Positions 54,001-64,000 of a stretch of 64,000 nt of DNA are shown here, piece after piece. This DNA is from Tubulanus polymorphus (Eukaryota; Animalia; Nemertea). Each line of letters starts with the position of its first letter. Positions within the stretch are counted from its first letter, which is position 1. Made by a program: the position numbers and the translations under genes. Where the stretch lies: the NCBI RefSeq assembly GCF_964204645.1, contig NC_134025.1, positions 10,292,001-10,356,000 of the forward strand, read 5' to 3'. Under the pieces are notes generated by a model. It was not told the DNA's origin and searched no databases. It saw only the letters and a list, made by a program, of their open reading frames with translations.

Positions 54001-55449
54001 TTGCTAGTACATTGCATTGCAGTGTATCCATGTAATTAGTAATTAATTTTCTTATCTACTGAAAGATGGCAGCATCTGTCTAAGATAGTGAAATATTAGC
54101 AACTAATGATACACCGCACAATGGTATAGACGCACTAGAGCGGTATACCCGTTTGGGGGGAAATTTAAAAAAATTTTCAAATCATCTCCAGCACTTTCGG
54201 GTATCAATTAGTCAGCGCTGAAAGTTTAAGATGGTTGTATACACGTGTATAAGAACGAATTTCCGCTCTAGAAAAGGAAGCTTACAAGGTCGTCGATAGT
54301 AGTGCGAAGTCGATTCGATCACGGTTCGAGCATCGCGTCCAGAGATTATATCGTCCCAATTGATAGTGTTGTGATGGCACAGTAGATTGTTGTTAAGGAA
54401 GTAGACACTGCCGCTAAGAATTTCTGAAAAGAAATAATCGAATCATCCCGTACAGGTATACATATATATATTGAAACTGGAAACTAGCATCGTGCGTTGC
54501 AGCTTCAATGGTGCAAATTGTTTTCATGACCAATGATCGTTTTTTAGGCTCAAACTTTTTACGAAACCCATCATCGATTTTAGTTATCATCGTTTAATGT
54601 CGATTTCCCCATACGGTAGTTTCCAGTTACCAGGGGCCCCCCGCATCGGACAGATTTCAACCTTTATTGCAATTAATTGACATCCATCCCTCCTTTGACA
54701 CAAAAATTAAATTTATATTAAAAAAAAGGTGACAGTTCCTATTTACTGAGGGCATTTGTTTTCTTTATTCTCGGCTGCAACTCTCGGACACAGTAAGTTT
54801 GAAAAAGACCCCAATTTTCGGAAGGCACCTAAAAAAATTGGCAATTTTGTTTCATTGGCTGTTACTTTTTCATGGTTTGAGATACAATCTAGAACTTTTT
54901 AATGAATATGGAAATTTATCTGAGGATCTTGGTAATATTGCAATCGTAAAATTATCTTATCACATCCTATTGGGTCCTACTTGGGCACATCCAACTTGGC
55001 TCATTCAGTGAGCTTCTCTATTATCTCTATTAGGATAACTAATCACGTAATATTTAGAATTTCTACTAGTTCTGTAGATTTACCTCTGAGGGAAGTCAAT
55101 CGAAGTTCCATGAGACCGTTCGTTTTCGAGCTCGGCTGCACGTTGAGCGCTACGTACAGCGCGAACTCGCCGACCTGATCGACGACGCGGAACAAGTCGC
55201 GGCCTCGAATCAGCTGCAAATTGTGCAACGAAATGTAATTCGTGTAGACGGACGTGATCAGCACGTAGCCGGTGACTTCGCGAATGTTTTCGAGGAACGT
55301 CAGGTTGTAGGTGGTGCTCGGGTCGTCGAGGAAAACGATCTCCAAGTTGCCGTCGACGTACGTGCAGTTCGTGTAGCGGTTTCGATACATTTCGTACCGA
55401 CTGGCGTGGGTTCCTTCGACGTTTAGACCTATTTCAGTACCACGGCAAA
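33042..55449 (-). CDS. EGFR: Epidermal growth factor receptor (EGFR/ErbB) tyrosine kinase: L1-CR1-L2-extended Cys-rich-TM-kinase-tail; first exon(s) upstream and unresolved
   Basis: In-frame GT-AG exons 55449-55084, 54423-54286, 53705-53628, 51020-50902, 50402-50261, 49979-49860, 49131-49017, 48782-48618, [47828-47626 OR 47119-46929], 44926-44727, 43981-43851, 43762-43564, 43052-42789, 42627-42533, 42144-41991 (TM), 41906-41793, 39794-39510, 39270-39207, 39093-39002, 38907-38832, 35290-35144, 34848-34751, 34616-34422, 34301-34112, 33843-33700, 33349-33042. Motifs [114 protein letters not shown]. Confidence 0.97.
33481..33587. mobile_element. Palindromic MITE family B
   Basis: gacccagttccacagtt ... 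aactgtggaactgggtc TIRs; internal sequence shared with the 12470 copy. Confidence 0.8.
35836..35933. repeat. DIRS internal complementary region (ICR)
   Basis: accataggaaagggtaagtactactcggaaatacaaattttagttccaaaaattgtaat is the reverse complement of 35616-35674 (1 mismatch); taatatttccgtcgagtactgtaccctttcctatggtttttgc is the reverse complement of 38568-38610 (1 mismatch). Confidence 0.92.
36191..36769 (-). pseudogene. DIRS tyrosine recombinase, C-terminal half only
   Basis: [36 protein letters not shown] (HxxR)..[18 protein letters not shown] (W and catalytic Y); the N-terminal catalytic Arg box is not present. Confidence 0.88.
36726..38269 (-). pseudogene. DIRS gag-like ORF1, frameshifted
   Basis: N-terminal Cys/His cluster [18 protein letters not shown], then an RS-rich region; split between ORFs 37409-38290 and 36726-37763 at a 17-bp tandem repeat. 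Confidence 0.75.
40207..40695. mobile_element. Nested TIR element carrying degenerate GGGTTA-like repeats and a tRNA-derived segment
   Basis: cgaagtggatatttaaccgtatacggc versus gccgtatatggtaaaatatccactgcg; gggttaagggtaaggg...tagggttag...attagggtaagg at 40320-40422. Confidence 0.65.
40460..40540 (+). pseudogene. tRNA-derived sequence (pseudo-tRNA / SINE head)
   Basis: A box GGTGGTCTAGTGG, B box GGTTCGAGTCTC and imperfect gagctcg/cggctc acceptor-like pairing; no clean anticodon arm. Confidence 0.55.
42205..42508. mobile_element. Harbinger-like MITE family C, complete, 3-bp TSD ATA
   Basis: ATA|agccacaatcacac ... gtgcgatcgcggct|ATA. Confidence 0.8.
44292..44573. mobile_element. piggyBac-type MITE family A
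   Basis: ttaa|ccctttcattgc ... cactgaaaggg|ttat. Confidence 0.8.
46929..47119 (-). CDS. EGFR: EGFR domain III (L2) C-terminal exon, alternative B
   Basis: tttacag|C TAC ... TGT T|gtaagt, 191 nt, phase 2->1; [63 protein letters not shown]. Confidence 0.88.
47626..47828 (-). CDS. EGFR: EGFR domain III (L2) C-terminal exon, alternative A
   Basis: tttacag|G AGC ... TGT T|gtaagt, 203 nt, phase 2->1; [67 protein letters not shown]. Confidence 0.88.
51030..51400. repeat. Degenerate tandem repeat (aaacatat.t...tga.ttc-like units)
   Basis: Recurring aaacata / gcatatctcgatga / gctgaaagc.aatgtatct motifs. Confidence 0.45.
51408..51458. repeat. Interspersed repeat; inverted copy at 58581-58631
   Basis: tcagtgacgtccttcatttttctattggtcagac.tca.gaaa(a)gggca versus tgccctttcttgaagtctgaccaatagaaaaatgaaggacacgtcactga. 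Confidence 0.7.
53255..53583. mobile_element. Harbinger-like MITE family C, TSD ATA
   Basis: ATA|ggtctcgatcacgc ... gcgtgatcgcggct|ATA. Confidence 0.8.
53950..54225. mobile_element. piggyBac-type MITE family A
   Basis: ttaa|ccctttcagtgcatctacactgc ... gtcagcgctgaaagt|ttaa. Confidence 0.8.
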
Positions 55450-56151
55450 CTGCAGAAAAAGATTGAAAAATGGATAACAATTATTTTAAAGCATTGGAGA
55501 TGTACTCGGCATACTTTTGAAAAAAAAGAAACTTTAGTATCATCCCTAATTCATAGAATATCAGCCAGTCTCGACGAGAATACTTGAACCTGATTCCATC
55601 GACAAACTCCATGCCCTTGGACACTGGGTGCACAGCTTTACGCACAACTAATTATATGATTCTGGTTGGCAATGATGATATCATGTTGCTAAAAGCCGTT
55701 CAGTGCTAAAGACAAGTCACAATGGCATCAGGTACAAATTCAATCCTTTGCTGAAACTATAGGGATTTAACTCAGCGTCACAAACAGTCTAAGAATCCTA
55801 GGCCCAGCAGTTCTACATATGTGGGTTGGATTTGACCTCGTTCATAGACAAATTCATAAGATTTTGAGAAGAAAATTTCATCAAATCTCAACCCATAACT
55901 GTTGAACTGGAGCCAGATGAACCACTCAGCAGCGATATAACAAAAAATGTTTTAAACATATTGTATTTTCGTAATTTCATCAGCATTACCAAAGAGAACT
56001 ATTTCACCTATTAGACAGATGTTAAAACACATGCACACGCACACACACACACACACATACATATAAATACAATTTCAGGGGTTAACTTCGTTAAACGTTA
56101 GCAAAAACGAAAACCCATTAGATCTGTAAAAACCTGCTTCCACCTGCTTAC

Positions 56152-57119
56152 GTCCCGGCGCATTATTATATACTTCAGTTTCATCGCGACTGTAGGCGAT
56201 TCCCTCTTCAGTTTCTGAATTCATAGAAAGCTCCCTTTATACGATAAGGCAATCATCGGGAGAGATTTGGAGAAATTAGAAAAAAAAAGGTTATACGCGC
56301 AGCGGTAGCTTCGGGATGTTTGGGTTATTTGCTATATCGGCGTTTTTGGCGTCGCCGGATATTTCACGGAGCCAGAAATGTTTGCGTTATCGGAGTTATA
56401 TTGTTTGAAAACTGATATCGAAACTGACAAACGGTTCGTCATAATCATCGTCTGTCACCGCCGTCTGATGCTTTTTTATTTGTCGTGGGTTGAATACATT
56501 TCTCCAGTGAATTTTATTCAAATACGATTTCAGCGCCGGCCGTCCGACATTTGATTACGCGATTAACATCACGACTCGCGGTCGTATGTTCGAAGTTGTT
56601 TTAGTTTTTTTTCCCGTTTTAATCATTCTCGCATTAATGGCGCATTAATAGCGCGCTTACGCGCGATCGATATTCATTTCAATTTCGAGGTATCTGGTAA
56701 TGACGCTAGGCTGGAAACGCAGAGTAGAGAAGGGAGGGGGGCAAGGGAGGGGGAGGCAGAGGGAGCAGAAAAAAAGAGGAACACGAGTATTACGAGCTGA
56801 ATTCGCACTAAATCCATGGCTTACTTACTCAGAATATAGGTGGTGCCAATTTTGGTTGAAAGATAGGGCGCCACTTGCAGGCAATTCGAAATATAATCTG
56901 GAAATTACGTTAACATTTTTTTTTCGAAGGGTCTATAGAAAATACAATAACGTAGGGCCAAGCTTCAACTTCAATACGCGGAACTCGTTTCTGCTTACGA
57001 TGCGCTGCCAAAAAGCATCTCGCACGTGCGAGTAACAAGAAAACATCGAAACTAGAAACAGATTTTTTGTATCTACGGCATTTCGGCGTTGTTGAGTTCA
57101 GCCGCTGTAGACGTTTCAT
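56152..57119 (-). CDS. Candidate EGFR 5' exons (57119-56999, 56897-56829, 56214-56152)
   Basis: Three open segments, each ending in a strong phase-1 donor (gtaagc, gtaagt, gtaagc); they join in frame to the phase-1 acceptor at 55449; signal peptide only weakly hydrophobic. Confidence 0.35.
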
Positions 57120-57615
57120 GCCGGTTTCATTTGACTGAGCGAACGAAATTAAAGCACCGCGCGATGATAATCTCCGTAAATGTCGTTATAATTATCGAAA
57201 AACATTTACGACCCCGAGACGCCGCCGCAACATCGTTGCGCCATCTTCGGATTTAATACGTACGTATGGAGTCCGTCTTTACGACCCGTAAACCATCAGT
57301 CGACAAATTACAATTCTATATCGTTATCCGACGAGAAAAACCCACGGCAATAATTAAAACACGGTTTTTTTAAAGCACACACGAGACGAAATTAACGTCG
57401 CTGTAACATTATGATTACTGTATATCAGAGAAACCGGTTCGTTATCGTTAATCTATTATTATAATGTTATCGTTAGACCGGACACAACCAACACGACCGA
57501 CATACTCTTCGTTTTGACGCCGCCTTTACTAGTGCCCAGTATCCACGGTGGCTCTGTAGATTCGTTTCGAAGAAAAAACAAAAACAAAAAGAGAAAAGAA
57601 GACATTCATAAGAAT

Positions 57616-57663
57616 ATTAATAATAATAATAATAACAATAATAATAATAATAATAATGATAAT
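57616..57663. repeat. (AAT)n microsatellite
   Basis: Directly visible. Confidence 0.85.
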
Positions 57664-59676
57664 AAATGATTAAATGACAAAAATTATTATAACGATAATA
57701 ATTGATATACACGACAAATGCTGAACCTATGAAAAATTAAAAGAAAACGTTCGTTAAAAAGCATCAGATGTAAAAATTTGGCCGAAACCATCGAAACATT
57801 ACACAAGAATACCGATCAACGGAGCGATCGCGAAAGGCGTCGCGAATTTTCATTTTTTTTTTTTAAATAAAATTTCTAAAATAAAATTAGAGATAATGAC
57901 GAAAATAATAATATAAATTTGGTTGATTATTTATATAATCAACTTTCGACGCCGTTTCGTGACCACTCGCAAATGTAAACGTAAAAAATACACGTAGAAA
58001 AAGGGGGTTTACAACACGTAACACGGGGTGAAAATATGAGAAAAGGTGGTTTTCGACCGTATTTCGAACGAGTGTGAATATCGGAAAAGTTACGAAACGG
58101 AAAAAGTACGCGTGGTTTCGAATATTTGTCGACGGAACATTTTTTTTCCATCTTAAGCGTTCAGTGTTTCATTTTTTTCCCAGCGAATTGCAGAATGTAT
58201 CGCCGTCTGTTCTGGGAATTCGTATTCCGTTCTTACAGTTTTGATCGGAAGAATCCGCCAAATTTTGAAAAGTTTAAAAATGCGGCGGTAATCATAGAAA
58301 TATATCAATGATTCCGTAATACTGAAGTTGTTGCCGGAAAAACTGAAAAAAGTATTTATAAGTACAAGCGACATCCCCTGAATGGATCCAATAATGACGT
58401 GATGGATCTTTTGATTGTAAAGAAATTGTAATAGGCAAAAATTGTAATAGGCATTTAGTGCCAATACAGTTTTTAGAATACATCGAAATGCATTTTCAAA
58501 ATTTTATGAGGGAGGGCCCCAAAACCCCGCGAGGGGCTTTGCACCTAAGGCACGCCCCTTTGCGGAAGCCCAATGTATATATGCCCTTTCTTGAAGTCTG
58601 ACCAATAGAAAAATGAAGGACACGTCACTGATTACATCATATTACTACTAGTACTAAATTTTGAAGATTTCTCTGCAGAAATATCATTCTCGCGAGATCT
58701 AAATACTTCTGGAAGAAAAAAAACGTCCACACTACCCTCTATCATGACAAGCCAGGTGAGGACAACAGCGAGGATATAGTTGTATAAAAGATGTAATGAA
58801 AGTGTCTAATGAATATACACAAGTAGTTCTATAGAGATATAGAGAGATAGAGAGAGAAGACATATGTATCTGACAACATCAATAATTGTGCACGAGGTTC
58901 AATGTTTTTCTTTTTTTTTTCACAGAAGAGTAAAGTGTTCGATGATGATGTTTGATGGTAATGACGATGATATCGACAATGATAACGACGATGATATTCG
59001 ATGACATTTTTTTTTTCGTGAAAAAACTATATCTAATAATGCAGCGGTTGGTGGCGACACATTCTGCACTGGTCATAATGATGTACACACCGATTTAGTT
59101 ATATATATATATATTTATATATTTAATATATCAAAACTCACCCACAGGAGAGATCGGAACATGAGCTGTTATACGCAATAAAGGAAGGGAAAAGACAAAA
59201 AAAACAATTATGAATACATGCACGTGCAAAAGCAAAAGTCGTAAACGTAAAAAATATCGCGCCGCGAACCCCCTCTCCCGTCTTAAGTAGGATATGAGAT
59301 ACCCGATATTCGACTGTTCATTATTGTCACTGAGGGTAATCAGATTTTAAACAAATCGGGGACGGGGCGGTATCGTCAGGTAAAACCATAGCGCACAGCT
59401 TCGATTTTAGTTAATCTCGTTTACCGAGATATGGACGAGATTCGGGTTCCGAGACTGGATTCGAATTTCAGGATACGTTACTATCGCGATTAGAGCACGC
59501 GTGCACACGTCATAACTATCAGGTTTTGCGATTTTCGATGTCATTTAGTTCTTTTTTTTTGCCACGAAATAGGTTGGAGATATTACACGCCTAACAACGG
59601 CAGTACGTACTTTTTAGATTACTGGGCTATTGGTCTAATCCGGACATTATTTGCAGCCCATTTGCTCATTGATATA

Positions 59677-59874
59677 CAGGACCCAGTTCCACAGGTAACT
59701 CAGAGTTAACTCTAAAGCCGCGATCACACGGAGATGATTTGGCCCGGGCCTCACCGACATTTTTGGTCGGCCCAAATTTGGCCCGGGCCCATTTGGCACC
59801 CGTGTGAACAGTTGTTCCGGGCCAAAAATGTTCGTGTGATCGTGGCTTACTCATGATTGTGGAACTGGATCCAG
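59677..59874. mobile_element. Family B MITE interrupted by a short family C MITE (about 59715-59847)
   Basis: ggacccagttccaca..gagttaactcta[agccgcgatcacacg...cgtgtgatcgtggct]actca..tgtggaactggatcc. Confidence 0.8.
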
Positions 59875-60167
59875 GTAAATGACTTTTAATCCAGATTTCC
59901 CATAAACCGGATGAATTTTGTTGGTCCCAAATGATCCGAATTAAGGCAATTCTATTATCATCAGTAACAAATTGATATTTTCCAGTAAAATTTCATTGAA
60001 ATATGAAAGGAAATGTTCAAATTAATCAGTAATCAACAGTAAGACCCTTGGTAATGTCTTTCATATTTCTGTACGCATCAAGCTAATCAAATCAATATTT
60101 CTCATTATAAAAAAGTAACAATTACTAAAAGTCGTGAACATTTGGCAGCTCTCGGGATTATAAAACA

Positions 60168-60285
60168 GCTGGGGTGGGTTTTATAAACAGGTATTATTAC
60201 CTTTAACCCAGGGGCTTACTCGATCGATAATGAATTGAGTTTGCCCCCCGGGTTAAAGGCAATACCAGTCTATGAAACCGGCCCC
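60168..60285. mobile_element. Palindromic Harbinger-like MITE
   Basis: ggggtgggttttataaacaggtatt..cctttaacccaggggc versus gccccccgggttaaaggcaataccagtctatgaaaccggcccc. Confidence 0.65.
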
Positions 60286-62151
60286 GCCATTTTCGGCGAT
60301 GGATTTAAAAAAAAAAGAAGAGAAAAACATCGAAAAGTTCCTCAAACTTTCGTCGGTGTCGTTCGAGTTTCGTACGTTATTTAAAACTCATTGCCACGGA
60401 AGTCGGCGATCAGTGGGGAATTGGCGGCGAGAACGGCGCTAATAGATCCATCTCGTCGTCGCGCGCTCCGTTCGCTGAATTCCGCCGAGAACAAATTTGA
60501 TTGCCTTCAAAATGGATCAGGAAAACCAACTATTATTTCAATAAAACGTCATCTAACATGAAATTTCCTTATCAATCACCGCCTAATGACACTTTCGCGG
60601 CGGCGCCGCGCAGAAACTTCGAAATTCTTAACGTCGACTCGAGACGCGACGAACCACGACGACGACAACAATCGGTCGATACGGATCAACACTACAAGTC
60701 GTCGTCAGACGACGATGACGGCTGTCGAAGAACGGGAAACAATACGAAATAAGACCGAAACAACGTACGATACGATATCCAGATATCCAATTGACGATTG
60801 GGTTTCCTACGCGCGAGAGAACCACTCGTAGACTTCCTACAAACACGAGGTATATACACTAACGCGTATACTTCACGATACATCAAGAATACTATTTCAT
60901 TTATACGAGTAATCGACGAAATGAACTTGAATCGTGTGGAAAAAATCATTCGCCCGAGAAGCCCGGTGTAGAATGAATACAACCGAGATGGATAGTCTAA
61001 CTTGTTGGTTTGATCGGGAAAGGGAATTTAAAAAGCGGGGTTTCTCATTGGGTCCACAGCTGACAATGGCTTTCCATACATCCGTATCATGTATGTAATA
61101 TAAAGTATGTGTGTATGAACATTTTTTTTATAATGTTCGTATACGACGAAATAAGATTATTATCATCATAAAAGAGAAATGTAAGTAATCAATTTCATTT
61201 ACTAGTTTTAAACTAAATGAATTAGGGATGAATTGGGGGACTTCATTTCCTGAACTAGTTAATTTTTTTCTTATAAAGGTTTACTAGTATATTTCATCGA
61301 AAGAAATCATGGAATATCGGGAGAATGAAATACCGGACATTCAATAGAGACCTCATCGCATCTAGCGGTTTCTTGCCGCGTTTCATTTTGAAATTATGGA
61401 CGCATTATCAACATTGTATATTGTTTAACTGCCGAGTCTAACTTGGTTTACAGAAAAGATGTAGCATTTGCTGTTAAAAGTTGCAATACATCCATTTGCT
61501 GTTAAAAGTTGCAGTAGTTATCACCCTGTTTTTTCAACAAGCATTGTTTTCAGATATCTAAAATCAATAAAATGCCAAATCAGCATGGATTTTGTAATTC
61601 AACTTGATCATCACAATCACCAGTTCATTGTAGTCGGATTTGCAGCAAATTCCCGAGGCCAATTTTTGAAAAAAATTTAGTTGCATTACGGATCCGGTGA
61701 GAAACTTTTGAGATTTCTAGGTATAAAAGCAAAAAAATTCTAGCCCCCTCATTTTAATACAAAGATATGGAAAGAACAACAAAGACAATCTATAACTTCA
61801 AAAGAATCGGTAGACATAGGAATTCCCATTGATACTTTGTTGGATACACTCCGTAAAGAGAGTGATTTGCAAAAATGGTAGCGCAATTGTTATGTCCAGC
61901 TCCTTTGTCATGTTGTATGACCTTAATTGCGAAGAGGGGGTGGCCGCCGGACATTAAGATTAATGAAACTGGCGGCTTACAAAACAATGCCGGAGATTGT
62001 TGGCACGGTTACAGGGCAGAGACCGTCTTAATTACTATTACCATACAATCTGTACACTTGAAACAGCGGTGAAAGGCTTGATTTCGAAGTCAGTTTGAAA
62101 TAAAGCATGAGATTTTCAATTCGTCCTTCGTCCCAAATTCATTTCGTTTAA

Positions 62152-62422
62152 CCCTTTCAGTGCGTCTACACTGCAGTGCGGTGTATAAATCAGTATTTAT
62201 ACATATTGATATCGATGTATTGATGTAATTATCTCTCTTAAAAAATGGCAGCACATGTCAAACAGAAGTAACATGTCAAATACTAGTAACTGATGATACA
62301 CCGCACCGCGGTGTAGATGCACTGTAGTGGTATCCCGTTATTCAACACACTAGGGTGGAATTTTTAAAAATTTCCAATTATCTCCAGCACAATAGGATAT
62401 TAATTAGTCAGCACTGAAAGGG
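62152..62422. mobile_element. piggyBac-type MITE family A, complete
   Basis: TTAA|CCCTTTCAGTGC ... GCACTGAAAGGG|TTAA. Confidence 0.85.
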
Positions 62423-62511
62423 TTAAAAGGTAATCTAAGGTTTTTTTCTCAATTTCTTTTTATTTCGCTCCCCGATCGCTTAATTCATAATGAATTGGAT
62501 TTCTTTTTGTT

Positions 62512-62610
62512 GAAAAAATTATGATTTTTCAGAAAAATCATCCCCCTGCCAAATCCAATTTTTTTCTATAAAAAATTGATTTTTCAGAAAAATCATCCCC
62601 CCTCCCAATT
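62512..62610. repeat. Short direct duplication (about 40-bp unit, two copies)
   Basis: aaaaaatt(a)tgatttttcagaaaaatcatccccc occurs twice. Confidence 0.75.
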
Positions 62611-62674
62611 ATTCTAAGTCCATCAAATCAGTAATTGAACTTATCAAAAAACAATGAAGGCCTAAACAATTAAA

Positions 62675-62804
62675 CCGGTCCCAGCAATTTATCAGGTTCC
62701 ACAATGAAACCGGGCCCAGCGACAGGTTCCACAATTACTCCAAAAGAGCAATGAGCAAAATGGAGCAGACACGGTAACAGCAAATTGACATATGGCCACT
62801 GCAT
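62675..62804 (-). CDS. Possible signal-peptide exon of EGFR (MQWPYVNLLLPCLLHFAHCSFG...)
   Basis: ATG in good context next to a CpG-rich region, signal-peptide-like; but the visible donors are phase 0, so it cannot join 55449 directly. Confidence 0.3.
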
Positions 62805-63581
62805 GTCCGCGTCTCGAGGGCGAATCTGGATTACACAGGCGAACCTCTTCATTGGGAAAGACAAGAGGGGTGCGGGTGCAGTTGACAGCATCTCCTTTTT
62901 TCGCCGCCCGATGAATAATCGAGTTACGCGTCTTTTTCGCCGGGCCACGCACATCAAACGCGATCCATTCACTCGTACGCGGTCGCTTTCAACGGCAATG
63001 AACCGACCAATCATACGTGATTATACTCATTTCATATCTAATAATTACTCGTTGATTGGGTTCGAATACGTGTAATTTCGACAAGAGCGCGCCCGGCTAG
63101 CGCGGCGTTATTACCCGGTGATACGCGCGCCGTGGTTAATTGTCTCCGCAGAGAGAATCCGCTCGCATCATCCTCGTCCCGCATATATATATATATACGC
63201 AGGTAGACGGGAAAACTGGCCAACAAAGACGGAGAGCACGACGTCGTTGTCTCTGCGGTTCTTACGCGACGATTATACAAATTTCCATACGGCTAATAAC
63301 TCTCCGAACTACTCTATAATGAAGTTCTAATGGTTCATGAATTTTCATATATGCCGTCGTTTACGCAGAACTCATTTGCCGAGCCGTCAAAGCCCCGGAC
63401 TTCCACGCGGCGAGTTTCGACATTTCCTTACGGAATCTGCGATAGATCGCTCACAACGTCTCTCGATCTTCGCCGAGAAATGCCACTTATACACAGCCAT
63501 ATATGTGCTAGGCCTTAGCCGCGCCGATAAGTTACGAAGATCTAGCGGTATAGTCATCTCGACACTCGAAACTAAGATCTA

Positions 63582-63844
63582 AGCCGCAATCGCGCGGGGA
63601 CGATATGGCTCGCATCAGGCCCATGTCAAATTTGCCGCGTTAACACACGTAAACTACTCTCTCGATACTAAACATCGGTCAAAGCGATGCGAGTCACTTC
63701 CGGAACCAGTGACAATTCACACACATCAATTTGACCCGTGCCCTGGTCAGGCCAAACTCAGGCACAGACCCATTCGGCACCCGTATGAACAGTTGTTCCG
63801 GGCGTAATTTGTCACGGGCCAAAATTGCTCGTTCAATCGCAGCT
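63582..63844. mobile_element. Harbinger-like MITE family C, TSD CTA
   Basis: CTA|agccgcaatcgcgc ... gttcaatcgcagct|CTA. Confidence 0.75.
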
Positions 63845-64000
63845 CTAGGATATGCACTGTAGCCTAGTAGAATACAGTACGCAGTAGCTACTAGCTTTCC
63901 AATCTTCGTCCAAAAGAACACAGCTAACCGATTGAATGGAAAATGCCCTTTTGACAGATTAGGTGAACGAGTCTGCAGTAGGACGTGCAGTGGCGCGAAA

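Noticed and set aside
1-64000. Prokaryotic systems (CRISPR arrays, operons, defence islands, phage)
   Set aside because: Spliceosomal introns, metazoan genes and microsatellites throughout; no repeat-spacer array seen.

Overview
Eukaryotic, intron-rich animal DNA (inferred to be an invertebrate, probably spiralian); nothing here looks prokaryotic. I traced three spliced genes by hand. (1) A CSRNP/AXUD1 transcription factor on the minus strand, 3 coding exons, 12958->5581. (2) A divergently transcribed coiled-coil gene of about 25 exons on the plus strand (17365->26237), whose N- and C-termini resemble FAM186A/B. (3) An EGFR/ErbB receptor tyrosine kinase on the minus strand (>=55449->33042; first exon unresolved). 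The most striking signal is a pair of tandem paralogous exons in EGFR (47828-47626 and 47119-46929), both phase 2->1, each encoding the ligand-contacting C-terminal half of domain III (L2). They can only be used mutually exclusively; including both gives an immediate stop and would encode a secreted domain I-III fragment. A kinase-domain intron of EGFR holds a 3.0-kb internally deleted DIRS-type tyrosine-recombinase retrotransposon with intact ITRs and ICR. Introns also carry piggyBac-, Harbinger- and Tc1-like MITEs (some nested), and a ~500-bp block is duplicated locally. Exon models and family calls come from manual reading and recalled protein families, not from database searches.
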